A stretch of DNA of 57,661 nt, filler included, from Platydemus manokwari (taxonomy: Eukaryota), in assembly GCA_037951405.1 (NCBI GenBank). It is 5 parts of 5 records of this genome, joined end to end, with 100 filler letters (N's around TTAATTAATTAA, not from the genome) between each part and the next. Parts side by side here need not be neighbours in the genome. Positions count along the whole stretch, not along the records: positions 1 to 12,735 come from JBBMOY011984710.1; 4 more parts are not named here. The stretch is one strand, 5' to 3'. Below, piece after piece: positions 1 to 12,835 of the stretch (position 1 is its first letter; each line of letters begins with the position of its first letter). The notes under the pieces are model-generated. The model ran no database searches. It was not told the origin of the DNA and saw nothing but the letters and a program-made list of their open reading frames with translations. The position numbers were made by a program, and so were the translations under genes.

Positions 1-76
1 ACTTATTTTTTAAGCGAGTTATAGTCTTTTAAAGTTGCTGTTAGATAACGGCCATTATTTTTGCACCAACCTAATA
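1..76 (-). mobile_element. Terminus of a mariner element (Hsmar1/MADE1-like TIR)
   Basis: The reverse complement of 50-76 reads TA-TTAGGTTGGTGCAAAAATAATGGCC, close to the cecropia-subfamily mariner TIR TTAGGTTGGTGCAAAAGTAATTGCGG, with a TA target site. The rest lies outside the window. Confidence 0.7.
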
Positions 77-364
77 TTTTAATGAATGGAATTTCCTCTT
101 TAAATATATTGGAGAATTTTCCATTTCAATGTGTATTTTTATGATGTCCACATTAATTGAAATAAAATAATGTTTATCTAAGATAAGTATTTAATAATGT
201 ACTATGAAAAAAAATTATTTGATTTTAATATAAATAATATAATTCTATTTCTTCATTTTCTATATTATATAATTCATTTATTTATTGAGGAATACTATAC
301 AGATCTGATTATTAATTAATTTGTTCATATTTATTAAATAAATTCCATATTATTAAATGAATTA

Positions 365-1960
365 ATGATTCAGGAAGACAGTGCAATTAATAGTTGTTCA
401 ATTTGTTATGATGTTTTTAACGATTTGGATCCTGTAATTCTTAATAAATGTAATCATCAAATATGTTCCATATGTGCTCATGAAATCGTATTACAAGAAC
501 GTTTCTTATGTCCATTTGATATGGAAAACATCTCGAACATTATTATTAAAAATGAACAAGGAGATGTTATATCAAAAAGTGTATTTGAATATCAATGTAT
601 AGTAATGAATGATTTATATTTCATGAAAAAGTATATGGAAAATAATTGGTCAGATTGTGTGTCAATGTTTATGATAGTTTATCAATTATTATGCGCATCT
701 TTAACCAAATGTAAAAAATTATTAGACAACTGGTTATCTCGGGAATCTAACGTGACAACAGAGGAATTGAAGATCGTTGAATTAGAAAATGCACAATCTA
801 CCCAATCACGTTTGATTTTTATCGAAGAAAGTTTAAAAATTTACAAGAAAAGTTGTTCGATTATGGATATCCTTATTGTTATGCCTAAACAAATGAAAAC
901 ACCGTATCATATTGAAATGGAGAATGATAATCAAAGAATAATAAGTATGACAAAATTACTGAGTCATTTTTGGATAGACGAAATGATGTCACTGTTAAAT
1001 AATTCGAAACTTAATCAAAGAAAATTTATGGAAGGTGTATCAATAAATGTGGACGTCAATTTGAGAGCAATGGACTCAATATTGGATCATATGACATGGT
1101 TTGTAATTTCTAAAATCGAAAATAATAATAAAGATTTGTATGTATTGTACAAGCCTCAAATGAATGAGGTGGACGAAATGAAATGTTTGATATGCACAGA
1201 AAAAATCGATACTTACTATTATGCCAAATTTATCACTTGTAATCACAAAATATGTTTACAGTGTGTCAAAAAATATCGTATGATTAAAGGAAAATGTCCA
1301 TTTGATCAAGAAAAGGCAAGCACGGTTATTATATCAAAGAATGGTGTTTTACAATCAACTGGGCAATATTTTAAAGCCAATCACGAAGCCATAAATTTAG
1401 ACAAAATGAATAATCTGATAGTAACAATCACAAACTTAATTTGTGATATCTTAAATTTTAAAATCCATATTCCACGTTTGATAGAAATTATTAGAAAGAT
1501 TCAAATATCGAGGAAAAAAAATAAAACAAAAAAATTATTAAATTTATTGAGAAATCATTTGATAAAAATTCTCAACAACAATTACGTTAACAATCATTCA
1601 ATTGGGAACACAGAAATAAATGTTGGCAAGAAGTGGATACCGGTTTTGATTGATGGTTTTGAAGATAAAAATGTTTTGTATAATTTGGCATTGTGTGAAC
1701 TCTGTAAAGTGATGAGAAAATGTATGAATTTTCTTGACGACTTCGGTGATCTAATCATTTCTCAGCAATGTGAAAATGATGAATATACTCTAGAAAATGT
1801 CAATAGTCTGTCAGATTCATACAATCAACTATTTTCAAATCTTTCCCATCATATCCAGAATATCTCAACAATTACTAATAAATTTGATAAAATAATTTTC
1901 AAAAACCTAATAGAATCATTGGAAAAATTACGAAGGGTGATCGAATCATTGATTATTTAA
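365..1960 (+). CDS. Intronless 531-aa protein with two RING-HC (C3HC3D-type) fingers; putative E3 ubiquitin ligase
   Basis: Uninterrupted ORF containing CSIC...CNHQICSIC...CPFD (aa ~11-52) and CLIC...CNHKICLQC...CPFD (aa ~274-314), each followed by a helical-looking region. Confidence 0.85.
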   Translation: MIQEDSAINSCSICYDVFNDLDPVILNKCNHQICSICAHEIVLQERFLCPFDMENISNIIIKNEQGDVISKSVFEYQCIVMNDLYFMKKYMENNWSDCVSMFMIVYQLLCASLTKCKKLLDNWLSRESNVTTEELKIVELENAQSTQSRLIFIEESLKIYKKSCSIMDILIVMPKQMKTPYHIEMENDNQRIISMTKLLSHFWIDEMMSLLNNSKLNQRKFMEGVSINVDVNLRAMDSILDHMTWFVISKIENNNKDLYVLYKPQMNEVDEMKCLICTEKIDTYYYAKFITCNHKICLQCVKKYRMIKGKCPFDQEKASTVIISKNGVLQSTGQYFKANHEAINLDKMNNLIVTITNLICDILNFKIHIPRLIEIIRKIQISRKKNKTKKLLNLLRNHLIKILNNNYVNNHSIGNTEINVGKKWIPVLIDGFEDKNVLYNLALCELCKVMRKCMNFLDDFGDLIISQQCENDEYTLENVNSLSDSYNQLFSNLSHHIQNISTITNKFDKIIFKNLIESLEKLRRVIESLII

Positions 1961-2639
1961 TAATAATGAATTTGTGGGTCAGTTTCCGAAACTCTATTTT
2001 TTCAGTCATAGTTTATGAGATTTTTTTGTGGCAACCTGCTCAATCATTCTGTATTCGAAATTCTTCTCGTTAAACTCAACAATCATCATTAATAATACTC
2101 ATTCTCATACTGACTGACATCAGAGACACAATTCAACAACTTTAATTATTTTTTTTCTTATTTCTTTTTTAATTTTCTTATGCAATAAACTTTGCTTGGT
2201 AAATTCTAGTCTTTTGTCTGAAAACCGATAAAAATGCTTCGGACTTGACACAGAATCGTATATTAAATTACAATTACTTGATCAAATTAATAACTTTTGA
2301 TATTCATTTATAAAATCTTATACATTAAAATTTTCATATCCTCACATTCCCTCTCTTTAGAAATCTTTATACATTCTTTAAAATCCACTTATTCCTAATT
2401 ATCTCTGTCCCGAATTCTTTAAATATTTATTTATCTCTTCTTTCTACTTTATAACTTCTTCATATTTTCCTTATATTTCCTTTATATTTTCTCCATATTG
2501 AAGGAAACCGGTTGGTTCGGGTTCTTTGGTGATAGATTAATAACAAATCGACGATTTTTCAATCGATAATTTACTATATCATTCGATGTGAGACCGGGAG
2601 TTAGAGATTGATGTTTCCACCAATATCTGAAACTTCACA

Positions 2640-3560
2640 GATTAATTAGGTTGCGCGTATATAATATAAATACTGAGAACAATAAAAATATGATAAAATA
2701 CTTTATTATAATAAAAATTAGCAAATGTGCAATGTGATTAGATTTTAGAAAGAGAAGCTGAGGGATTTATCAGTAATTAAAAACCGAGGGAGGGAACTAA
2801 GTGGTGCCCCACTGCGGTATGAAAACTAAAGAAATTTGATTTTAATACTCACAAATTTTTTGTGATTAGTCAGAAATTTTTAAAAACAAAGCCAGTCAGG
2901 GAAATTCTAATGACAAAGCACTTCTGAACAGAAAACAGTAATCGTTTGTCTCTGCCAATCAGATGCTTTGTCCTAAATAAAGAAGAAAAAATGTCCGGAA
3001 AAAAGGAAGCTGATGAAAATGCCATGTGTGATTAAAGACACTCAAAACAAGGACTGTCAGACTATATAAAATGACCGCTATTGGTCATTCAATAAAAAAA
3101 TGTAATAACCACTCTAACTGTAATACCATTTAAACACAAAAATTGAAGATCAATAGGTGCTCAAATTCTAGTGCAACGAAAACACAGTTTAATAATCAAA
3201 CCATGTTAACTCATAATCAAAATTTGGTTTTTAATTGAATCAGAATCTCAACACTGATTATACAAAGTAAATTTGAGATGAATTTCTACCTCAAATTAAT
3301 AGTCCTCTTAAAATTTCCATTCATCGATCAAACCAGACTCGTTGATACTTTCACGGATAAAGTGCACTCCTTTCGCAAATTTATTTCATTGTTTATCAGA
3401 CAGAATTATCAATGACAGTTCTCTGCCGATTCTGATAATTAAATACTTTTAAACTCTTTCGTAAAGGTTTCTCTCACATTTTTAGAAAAGGAATATGATG
3501 ATGTGTCTTTAAAAAACACCAGTGGTAACTTCATAAATTATAAACTCCTGTATGCTTGAG
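2640..3560 (+). mobile_element. Possible highly decayed LTR-retrotransposon internal fragment
   Basis: PBS-like TGGTGCCCC at ~2802 followed by stop-riddled coding-like sequence. The peptide FPFIDQTRLVDTF...FISLFIRQNYQ at ~3315-3410 weakly resembles gypsy RT. Confidence 0.25.
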
Positions 3561-4230
3561 TATCATAATAAATAATATATTTTTCATCAACTGTTTTATT
3601 TTGATATTCAAAGTTGAATATTGTTCATATTTAAATTGACACCACAACCTAGTATACTCGTCAGAACAATTGTCAGTAATGTTTATTTAAATAATTTAAC
3701 TAAATATAAATGTACTAGATGATTGATGTTATATAATAATATATCCCACCAGTCATGTAGAATTCGGTTGCTTGTTTATAAATAAGGCATGATAAATAAT
3801 GGATAAGATAATAAATAAACAGTAGTTTACTGACGAATTTTTATTACCATTACTTGAAAACCATGATACTTTGAGGATCTTATCAATTACGAGTTGGCTG
3901 AAAAGAATAAAGTCGAAGTCGAATGATATTATCGCAATCCAAAAACCACTATTCGGATGCAATTGATTTAAGTCTTTCGATGGAAAAAAATTTCAGAATT
4001 TCAAAAAAATGAAAGCAATATATGAATATTAATCTGGGAATAAAACTTAACATTATGGTTACAAACTCGAATTAATTTTAATTATATCTAAAAGTATCTA
4101 TTTTCAGTATCTTATACTCAAACTTATTATATAAATATTTAAATTTAAATTTGTGAAACTTTAGTAACTTTAGTTTAGTAACTTCACAAAGACATTTATC
4201 ATTGTTTAAATAATATTGAAGTTAGTATTA

Positions 4231-5080
4231 ATGAGTTGGATTCCAATAGAAGCTAACCCGGAGGTAATTTTTCAAATATCTAAGTTAATATAAATAAAAC
4301 ATTTATATATTTAATTTTAAGATTATTAACCATTTCATGGTTAAAGTTGGCGTTGATAATAAGTGGCAAAGTGTCGATGTCTTTGGAACTGACCCAGAAT
4401 TGTTGGAATTTATACCGAGACCTGTTATTTCATTATTGCTATTATATCCTCTTACCGAAGTAGTTAAAAACAACCCGATTGGAGAAGTCAGACACGAAAA
4501 CGACGTTATATTTATTAAACAAACCATTGGAAATGCTTGTGGAACAATAGGACTTCTGCATTCCTTATGCAATAATAAGGAAGTGCTGAAATTTCAAGGT
4601 TTTTAAAGAAATCAGTGATTTTAAATTTTATTCATAGGTGATACATATATCAGTAGTCTTCTTGAAAAAATTACTCCTTTGAATCCTGATGATAGAGCCA
4701 AAGTTATCGAACAAGACGAGTTTTTGAGTACAGTTCATGGAGAACTAGCATTGGATGGACAGTCGGCTGTAAATTATTGCTTTTAAAATCGTTTATTTAA
4801 AATATATATATATCAAGGCCCCAAATAGTTCAGTTCAAACGGATCTTCACTTCGTGTCCTTTATTTACAAAAATGGCGGTCTTTATGAATTAGGTATATC
4901 ATTGATTTAATCATTTTCTAAATTAAAAATGTAGATGGACGAGAAAAGGGTCCTCGTTATCATGGCCCATGTAATGAAGACACCTTTCTCATTTCTGCTA
5001 TTGATGTTATTAAAAAATTTATCAATCGTGACCCGAGTGAGCACAATTTCAATGTTATTGCAATTGTTAAAAATCAATGA
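4231..5080 (+). CDS. UCHL3: Ubiquitin C-terminal hydrolase, UCH-L3/L1 family (peptidase C12), complete, 5 exons
   Basis: Exons 4231-4263, 4322-4598, 4638-4768, 4818-4893 and 4935-5080 splice in frame at GT-AG. Motifs: WIPIEANPE, KQTIGNACGTIGLLH (catalytic Cys), DLHFVSF (His), LYELDGR (Asp). Stop TGA ends at 5080. Confidence 0.95.
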
Positions 5081-6609
5081 TTCTTATAATTAGATTTGGT
5101 AATAAATTTTGGTGTTCTTGATTTATTATGGCTAGATATTTTCTTATAATTAAACAAAACTGGTTTATTATAATTGAAAACGATTTAGATCGTTGTAAAG
5201 AGGTCTTAGTTGTAATTGCGTTGAATATATTACGTGCAAGAAAGATTATGTATAAATATTATATTTTTATGAATATTTAACACTTAATGTATGCAACAAA
5301 ATTAAAAAATTCTTACTTGTAATGTCGTTTTTTCCATATTTCTTTTCATAGACTGTCTATTTTATAGTTCTTGGTAGTGGTTAATGTATAAACTTTCATT
5401 TTGGCTTCACAATTATGATGCATTTTGTAAACCAAAACATTTGACAAATATTAAATAGTACAGTATATATAAACCTTGATTGGCATTAATGTTGTTACTT
5501 TTTCGATGAATAATATAGACTGATAATTACCACTAATTATTATAAGATATTATGATTATTGCAGAGATTATTATTTGGGACCAAATTTTATGGGAAGACG
5601 GACATATGTGGAGTATATGACAAATCTATCAATAGATATTATCAAAACCAACGTATCAACTTTCATATGATCGATACACGCATGCACGACTAACACTTCC
5701 AAGTAGCCAATCATATAACCTGAAATCTGATTGGACTTTAATCGTCAAAAGATGCAAATTAATAACAGGTAATGAACATCGATATTTATCAATGATAAAA
5801 TCTGTCAATAATTGATATGCAAACAGTTCTAACGAATGATAAGCAAAGTTGAAAGATAACAAGTCAATATACAGGACAAATCTATAAAAGAAGTTGAACT
5901 TCGAAAACAACCACCAAAATTTTGTGGTCTGTAATTTGTTACTTTTCAGTTCAGAGCCCATTCTGATTTGATATTTGACGTTTCCAACTTTTTTCAGATT
6001 TAAAATTTTTCTGTGTTGTACATTGACAACCTTATTGAATTTGCACTGACAGTTATTTTGCAATTATAACTTCGATTATTCGGAGTTAGCTACTATATTA
6101 ACAGTGATGATGAGTGCATTTTATGAAGGTCAGTACATAAGCAATTACTGATCACTTGCATGTCATTTTATTTCGAAAATTTTTTATTTTATAATTTTTT
6201 GATTCACCAAATATACTGGAATAACTTTATTTATCACTGTAGTCTTGGTGAGAGTTATTGACAAATCATAAAGTAAAATTTTAGACCTCCAGAACAAATC
6301 GTTAAAAATTAAAACATAAATTCAGTTATTTCACTTGGAATTTACATTCAAAAAAGTCTGTGAAAGGAAACATTGTAATGAATCAGGTAATGCTTTAGAT
6401 TATCAGATATTTTTTCTCAGAATTCAAAGTAAACGATTAAATTTCAATAAAAAAAATTCGAAATTACGATTTTGAAGCATGTTTCTTGTCGAATTATCAC
6501 GGTAAATAGAATTTTATATGAGAATCAAAGAATTTCAGATTTTGAATAGCTAAATTTGGTTTACAAAGTATGTTTGTTGGATTTTGAAGCCAAAGACGAT
6601 TTTTAAATT

Positions 6610-7040
6610 AAACAGTAATTGCTTGCATTAATGTTAGGATATTTTTATGATAATTCAAGGACATTTTATGACCAGCAGGAATATAATATATAATTTGAAC
6701 CTCCATTTATAATCCTCATAATTAATAAGAAACCCGGCATTGATATAATAAAATTGAAACCATTAAAGCTACCATATAATAAATTCAGTAATTAAAGCAA
6801 CACATACACTGAATTTACCCATAAAATAATCAAACAGAATAAGTTATCGCACACTGCGAATAAAATATCTAGCAGAATAAATTAATTGCCATGTGTAAAA
6901 TGAAATAATATCCACTCATTAAATAAAATAATAGCCATGCATTAAATAAAATAAATTACCGTGCATTTAATCGCAGAGAATTTCTCTCTGTCACGATAAA
7001 TCATAGTGCATCAAACATATATGGACTGCATTAAATTAAA
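6610..7040 (+). repeat. Repeat block A (left arm of a ~430-bp inverted repeat)
   Basis: Reverse-complement match to 7977-8440, e.g. AAGAAACCCGGCATTGATATA vs TATATCAATGCCGGGTTTCTT and CACGATAAATCATAGTGCATCAAACATAT vs ATATGTTTGATGCACTATGATTTATCGTG. Confidence 0.9.
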
Positions 7041-7404
7041 TTCACAGAGAATATCTGTGAATGACTCACCGCTGCCTATATATGGCAGTAAATGTAATAA
7101 TTAAAACACAGAGATAGAAACCAAGCTAAGCAGAGTTTTTACATAAGAAGGGCCAGAATGTAACATCGATGATCATTGCCGGGGATGGGATTAGGATATG
7201 TCCAGTATTTTCTACTGAAAGAACAAACAGTAAGATAATACATTTAAAATCATATATTCAATTATATATAACGCATTTTCTTCTTATTTATCGAGCTGAG
7301 CTTGGAAAATCTCTAAAGAAACGGACACTGACCCAATATTACGAAGCGTTTTCTTGGTCCACAATCTGCTTCCCTGAATTGTATGTTAAATCCAACGTTC
7401 ATGT

Positions 7405-7640
7405 GTACATAAGTGATACGTTTCGCGGTCACTCTCTTTTTATCTTTATAATTATTCTTTTTACTTGATCGATATTTACGTCTTATCAGTACTCTAGTCT
7501 GTCTAGACCCTCAGGTAGTATTTTGACCTATAAGTTTTGATGTTTATTCGCCTAGACGATCTCGACTTATATGAAGTTAAGAAGATTGGCGTAGAAATCG
7601 ATTTTGTTTTGGTAATTGACTCTATTATTGTCCTATTTAT
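7405..7640 (+). repeat. Repeat block B
   Basis: Reverse-complement match to 8715-8950, e.g. TTTACTTGATCGATAT...GTCTTATCAGT...GACCCTCAGGTAGT vs ACTACCTGAGGGTC...CTGATAAGAC...ATATCGATCAAGTAAA. Confidence 0.85.
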
Positions 7641-7976
7641 AATGATGATTTTTGATTTTATTGATTTTTACTATCAGTCTTATTTAATAATGCACCAGAA
7701 TAACTTTAAAAGGCAATGAATGACAATGAAATTTATGTATAATGAAATTATGATATCCTAAGCCAACTGGCAGATTTAAAACCAACTCAATGTTTACACT
7801 ACAAATATTTATTATTAATTACAATTATACACCAAATTATAAATTATTGCTTTATATAGCAATTGCCACGAATTACTACTTTTATACAACAATTATAAGC
7901 AAATAAAAATGAATATAAATTACTACGGTATACAATGAGTTTGAATTAAATACTTTTATACACGGGATTTATATAC

Positions 7977-8440
7977 AATTTAATGCAGTGCATATATGTT
8001 TGATGCACTATGATTTATCGTGGCAGAGAGAAATTCTCTGCAATTTAATGCACGGTAATTTATTTTATTTAATGAATGGCTATTATTTTATTTAATGCGT
8101 TAATATTATTTTATTTCAGCTGGATATTTTATTCGCAGAGTGCGATAACTTATTCTGTTTGATGGGTAAATTCAGTTTATGTGTTGCTTTAATTACTGAA
8201 TTTGTTATATGGTAACTTTAATGGTTTTAATTTTAGTATATCAATGCCGGGTTTCTTATTGATTATATGGATGATAAATTGGGCTTTCTATTATATATTA
8301 TATTATATTATATTATATTATATTGTATTGTATATTATTACATATTATATTCCGTTGGTCACAAAATCTCCCTGAATTTTCATAAAAATGTTTTTCTTGC
8401 AATAATAAAATGTCTAGATTAATGCATGCAATTACTGTTA
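7977..8440 (-). repeat. Repeat block A' (right arm of the inverted repeat), with an internal (TTATA)n expansion at ~8290-8350
   Basis: Collinear reverse complement of 6610-7040 with scattered substitutions and indels. Confidence 0.9.
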
Positions 8441-8714
8441 AAAAATTTTCCTATGCCCCAAAACCCAGCGTAAGTTTAAAAATTATAATTGTAGAAAAGT
8501 ATAAAACCATGTATGAATGTATAAGAGTATTGAATTTGTAACATTAATTTTTTAAGACAGTTGGTTGTTAAAAATTAGTTTTGATAATCATTAGCATTTG
8601 ATATTCAAAAGATTCATAAATTCATTATCAAATAGTTCATTATCATTCATCACCTTTTAAAGATATTCTGGTGTATTATTAAATTAATTGAGACTGATAG
8701 TGAAATCAATAAGA

Positions 8715-8950
8715 TAGATAGGACAATAATAAAGGCAATAATTTAATTTAAACCAATAAAATCGAGTTCTCCGCCGTTCCACTTATCTTTACATAAGTTG
8801 AGAATATCGAGGCAAAGCAATATCAAAATACATAGGTCATATAACTACCTGAGGGTCAAGACGGACTCAGAGCACTGATAAAGACATAGATATCGATCAA
8901 GTAAAATAAGAATTAATAAAGCAAGAAAAGCAGTGTCCCCAAAACGTTAC
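8715..8950 (-). repeat. Repeat block B' (inverted copy of B)
   Basis: Reverse complement of 7405-7640, more diverged than the A/A' pair. Confidence 0.8.
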
Positions 8951-11038
8951 ATGTTATAAAATGTTGGTTTGTACCAACTTTGATCAAGATTAAAAATTCT
9001 TCTCGTCACATGATAGACTATATATTAAAGGATATATTACATCTGCTCAATGTTTGCAACAACCTCGGTCCTCCATTTACCAGAAGATATGATCTCAATA
9101 TAATTCCAATCATCATTTCAAGACTTACAATGGTCTCACAAAAAGCATGAGTTCAAATCTAATTAGAAAGTATGCATTGATGAATGCAATTTAATGTAAA
9201 ATTACTTGAATGTTAAATTATTTTTACCTGGCTATATCTATTTCTTGTTAATATTCTTGATTACATGATCAAATACTACATTAAAAATATGTAATGAACC
9301 ATATTGCTATTATATTCTTCTGTTCGCAAAACTCCATAGTATGAATTTTTGAATGTGACGAAATCTTATGAAAGAAAAACAGATTTGCAGATTGGAACCA
9401 TTGTTTTAGTACTTTAAACATTTGCATGCCTACACAACCATACAGGTGTGGCAATCAATCAATGATGACGAAGTTAGATAGAAAACGGCAATTGGAAAAA
9501 GCGCTATAACCACACAACAACACACACATAGGGATTGACCAATCCCCACATATACACAAACCAATAACCCCGACATAAACGTAGAAAAGAAGATCAAATT
9601 AAAATATGATACAAGCGTGATCCAAAAAATTACACATATATCTCGAGTATAAATATTGATGTAAAGATGGCCAACTGCCAGTTAAAAGCCCAATTTTGGC
9701 TGTGTATTATAATAAATTTGTTAGTCGTACTGAGTCGTACATGTCTCATTCGAAGTGAGGTTTTAATTATAAATTTGTGATAGTTAAAAATAAAGTTGCA
9801 ATCTTTTATCTTTGTAGTCATCAATAATTTGGTTATTCAAACTAAAGACACCAAAAAAATACAATAAATGAGGTGATATTGATATATCACACTACTAGTC
9901 TTAGTTTACACACCTTATCTATATTTGCCACCAATAATAGTGAGTAATATTAAACTACTTATGATCCCTATTCAATAAATGTGCAACACGTACGGTTTAA
10001 AAGGCTTTATTTCTAAATAGTACTAATACTTATTGACATCGAAATAAATCAATAAAAGTTACAATTGATTTTTGTACTACAAAATTCAATTAACCTTACG
10101 ATTTACTGTGTGAAGCTCATGGTTAATAAATTCCAGTACGATAGGATATTTGTGGCAATACCTGATAATGAGAATTACAATGACTTATAATTTTGATCAG
10201 TAGTTTACAAAATAATACTCTTACTTAGTTCTTAGACATTATTTGCAATGTAATTTGGGAGTAGCAATCAAATGGTTAATTTAAATAGGTTATCTTTCGA
10301 TCTTTAAATTATTGGTTCTAGTGATTTTGAAATAATTGGCTCTCACTTTAATAAATTTTTAATTTTTCATTTCACTCATTAAATTTTTTTAATATTTTAT
10401 TAATTTTACTAGGTAGGATCTGAACCCAATAGTATGATCTAAGCTACTTATTTAAAGATTTTACTAATATCAAATATTTTTCGATAATATTTAGTGGCTC
10501 CTTTTAAAGTTGACTATTACAATCTTGTATAAATGGTATTATTTTTTGAAATATTTTCCATCTGAATATTACATACAATTATTTTTTGCTTTGAATTGGA
10601 CTGTTAATAATTAAACTTTTGTATCGAATTCAACTTCCAATTTTTCTGATCTGAAGCTTAAAGTAAATAATATTCATATTAGATTTTTGCAAAATAAATA
10701 GTTTTTGGTAAATTAAATTTTTATATTGAATTATAATTAGAAACAATGAAAATATCTTAAAATTAAGGATGAAATGTCTATCAAGATTTTTTCAATTTTC
10801 ATTGATTATTCTTTATACTGATGGTTGCTAATAGGTTAAAATTTCAAATTGAAAAAACCATTAAAAATATCGAGTAAACTTTTTTACTGCAAATATCTTC
10901 GTAGAACACCAAAAAATAATTTGTTATTATTTCTAAAAAACTTTCAGTGTTTTTTTAAATAGAAATTATGTTTTATTTTAAAATTGCAATAATTTATGAT
11001 ATTTTGATTATTTAGATATTTTATTATTTTAGTGGTAA

Positions 11039-12027
<989 letters not shown>

Positions 12028-12099
12028 GTCAATATTTTATTATGAAAATAATTATCAATTTCAATTATAATTTATTCTGTTAGTTTTGAAATCAAATTT

Positions 12100-12640
12100 C
12101 TTGAAAGCTTGCCTCAGTTTTAGACCAAAATTAAATTAATCTGTCGTTAAGAATGTTAAGTTAACTGTTGGACAAATAAGCATCATAGTTTTTTGAGTAG
12201 TATTTTAATTTGTTTTAATTATCTCAAAATATTAGCAACACATTAATTGAATTTCATTGGTCTGAAAAAACAATCCTTCACCCCAAATAGGGGCCACCGA
12301 ATTATGGTAGATGTACAAGCCATTACATGTGAAAAATCGTGTTTTATGATGCTGTTAAATAAATAGTTTGTGATGCTGATTAAACTGCTTCTGTTCACAA
12401 TTACCTTGACTAATACAGTGAAGTCTTTTATAGGTAATGTTATTATCTGATAATCTTATTCTTATAGGTAACTCATTACTTGTTGTAAATCAATGAAATG
12501 TTGCAAATTGGTTTTATGATTTATTTATGACTTATTGTGAGTTATGACTTATTTTTAGTAATATTGTTTTTCTTTGGAGTTGCCAATATCTTAAAAATGG
12601 GAAAATGGGTTGCCATAGAAAATAAGATTGAGAACCGCTA
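12100..12640 (-). mobile_element. hAT (Charlie/SPIN-like) non-autonomous remnant in the PKA-RI intron
   Basis: The reverse complement of the right end reads TAGCGGTTCTCAATCTT...GGCAACCC, resembling CAGCGGTTCTCAA hAT TIRs. It is followed by CTCTAAAT, matching the NTCTARAN target preference. The other end was not identified. Confidence 0.45.
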
Positions 12641-12735
12641 CTCTAAATCAATTCTAACACGGTTCTGTTAAAACATGATCATTTGATACAAGTAAAGATT
12701 GATTCAGTTGATGATTCGTTGACAGATAATATTGT

Positions 12736-12835
12736 NNNNNNNNNNNNNNNNNNNNNNNNNNNNNNNNNNNNNNNNNNNNTTAATTAATTAANNNNNNNNN
12801 NNNNNNNNNNNNNNNNNNNNNNNNNNNNNNNNNNN
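12736..12835. other. Artificial 100-nt contig spacer
   Basis: 44 N + TTAATTAATTAA (stops in all six frames) + 44 N. Confidence 0.97.

Noticed and set aside
4303-4572. Antisense ORFs overlapping real exons (also 11825-12013, 18992-19267, 24846-25046, 41479-41685, 48462-48776, 50844-51068, 53697-53885)
   Set aside because: They are shadows of the coding strand and have no independent motifs.
365-5080. RING E3 next to a deubiquitinase as a ligase/eraser module
   Set aside because: UCH-L3 is an ordinary conserved gene, and adjacency in a eukaryotic genome without synteny data is uninformative.
5560-6063. 135-aa minus-strand ORF, or a plus-strand integrase zinc-finger-like remnant
   Set aside because: The ORF has no recognisable domain, and the plus-strand similarity is too degraded to call.
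12780-12791. TTAATTAATTAA repeated four times as a possible regulatory or recombination site
   Set aside because: It is always centred in exactly 44+44 N, so it is a synthetic six-frame-stop linker.
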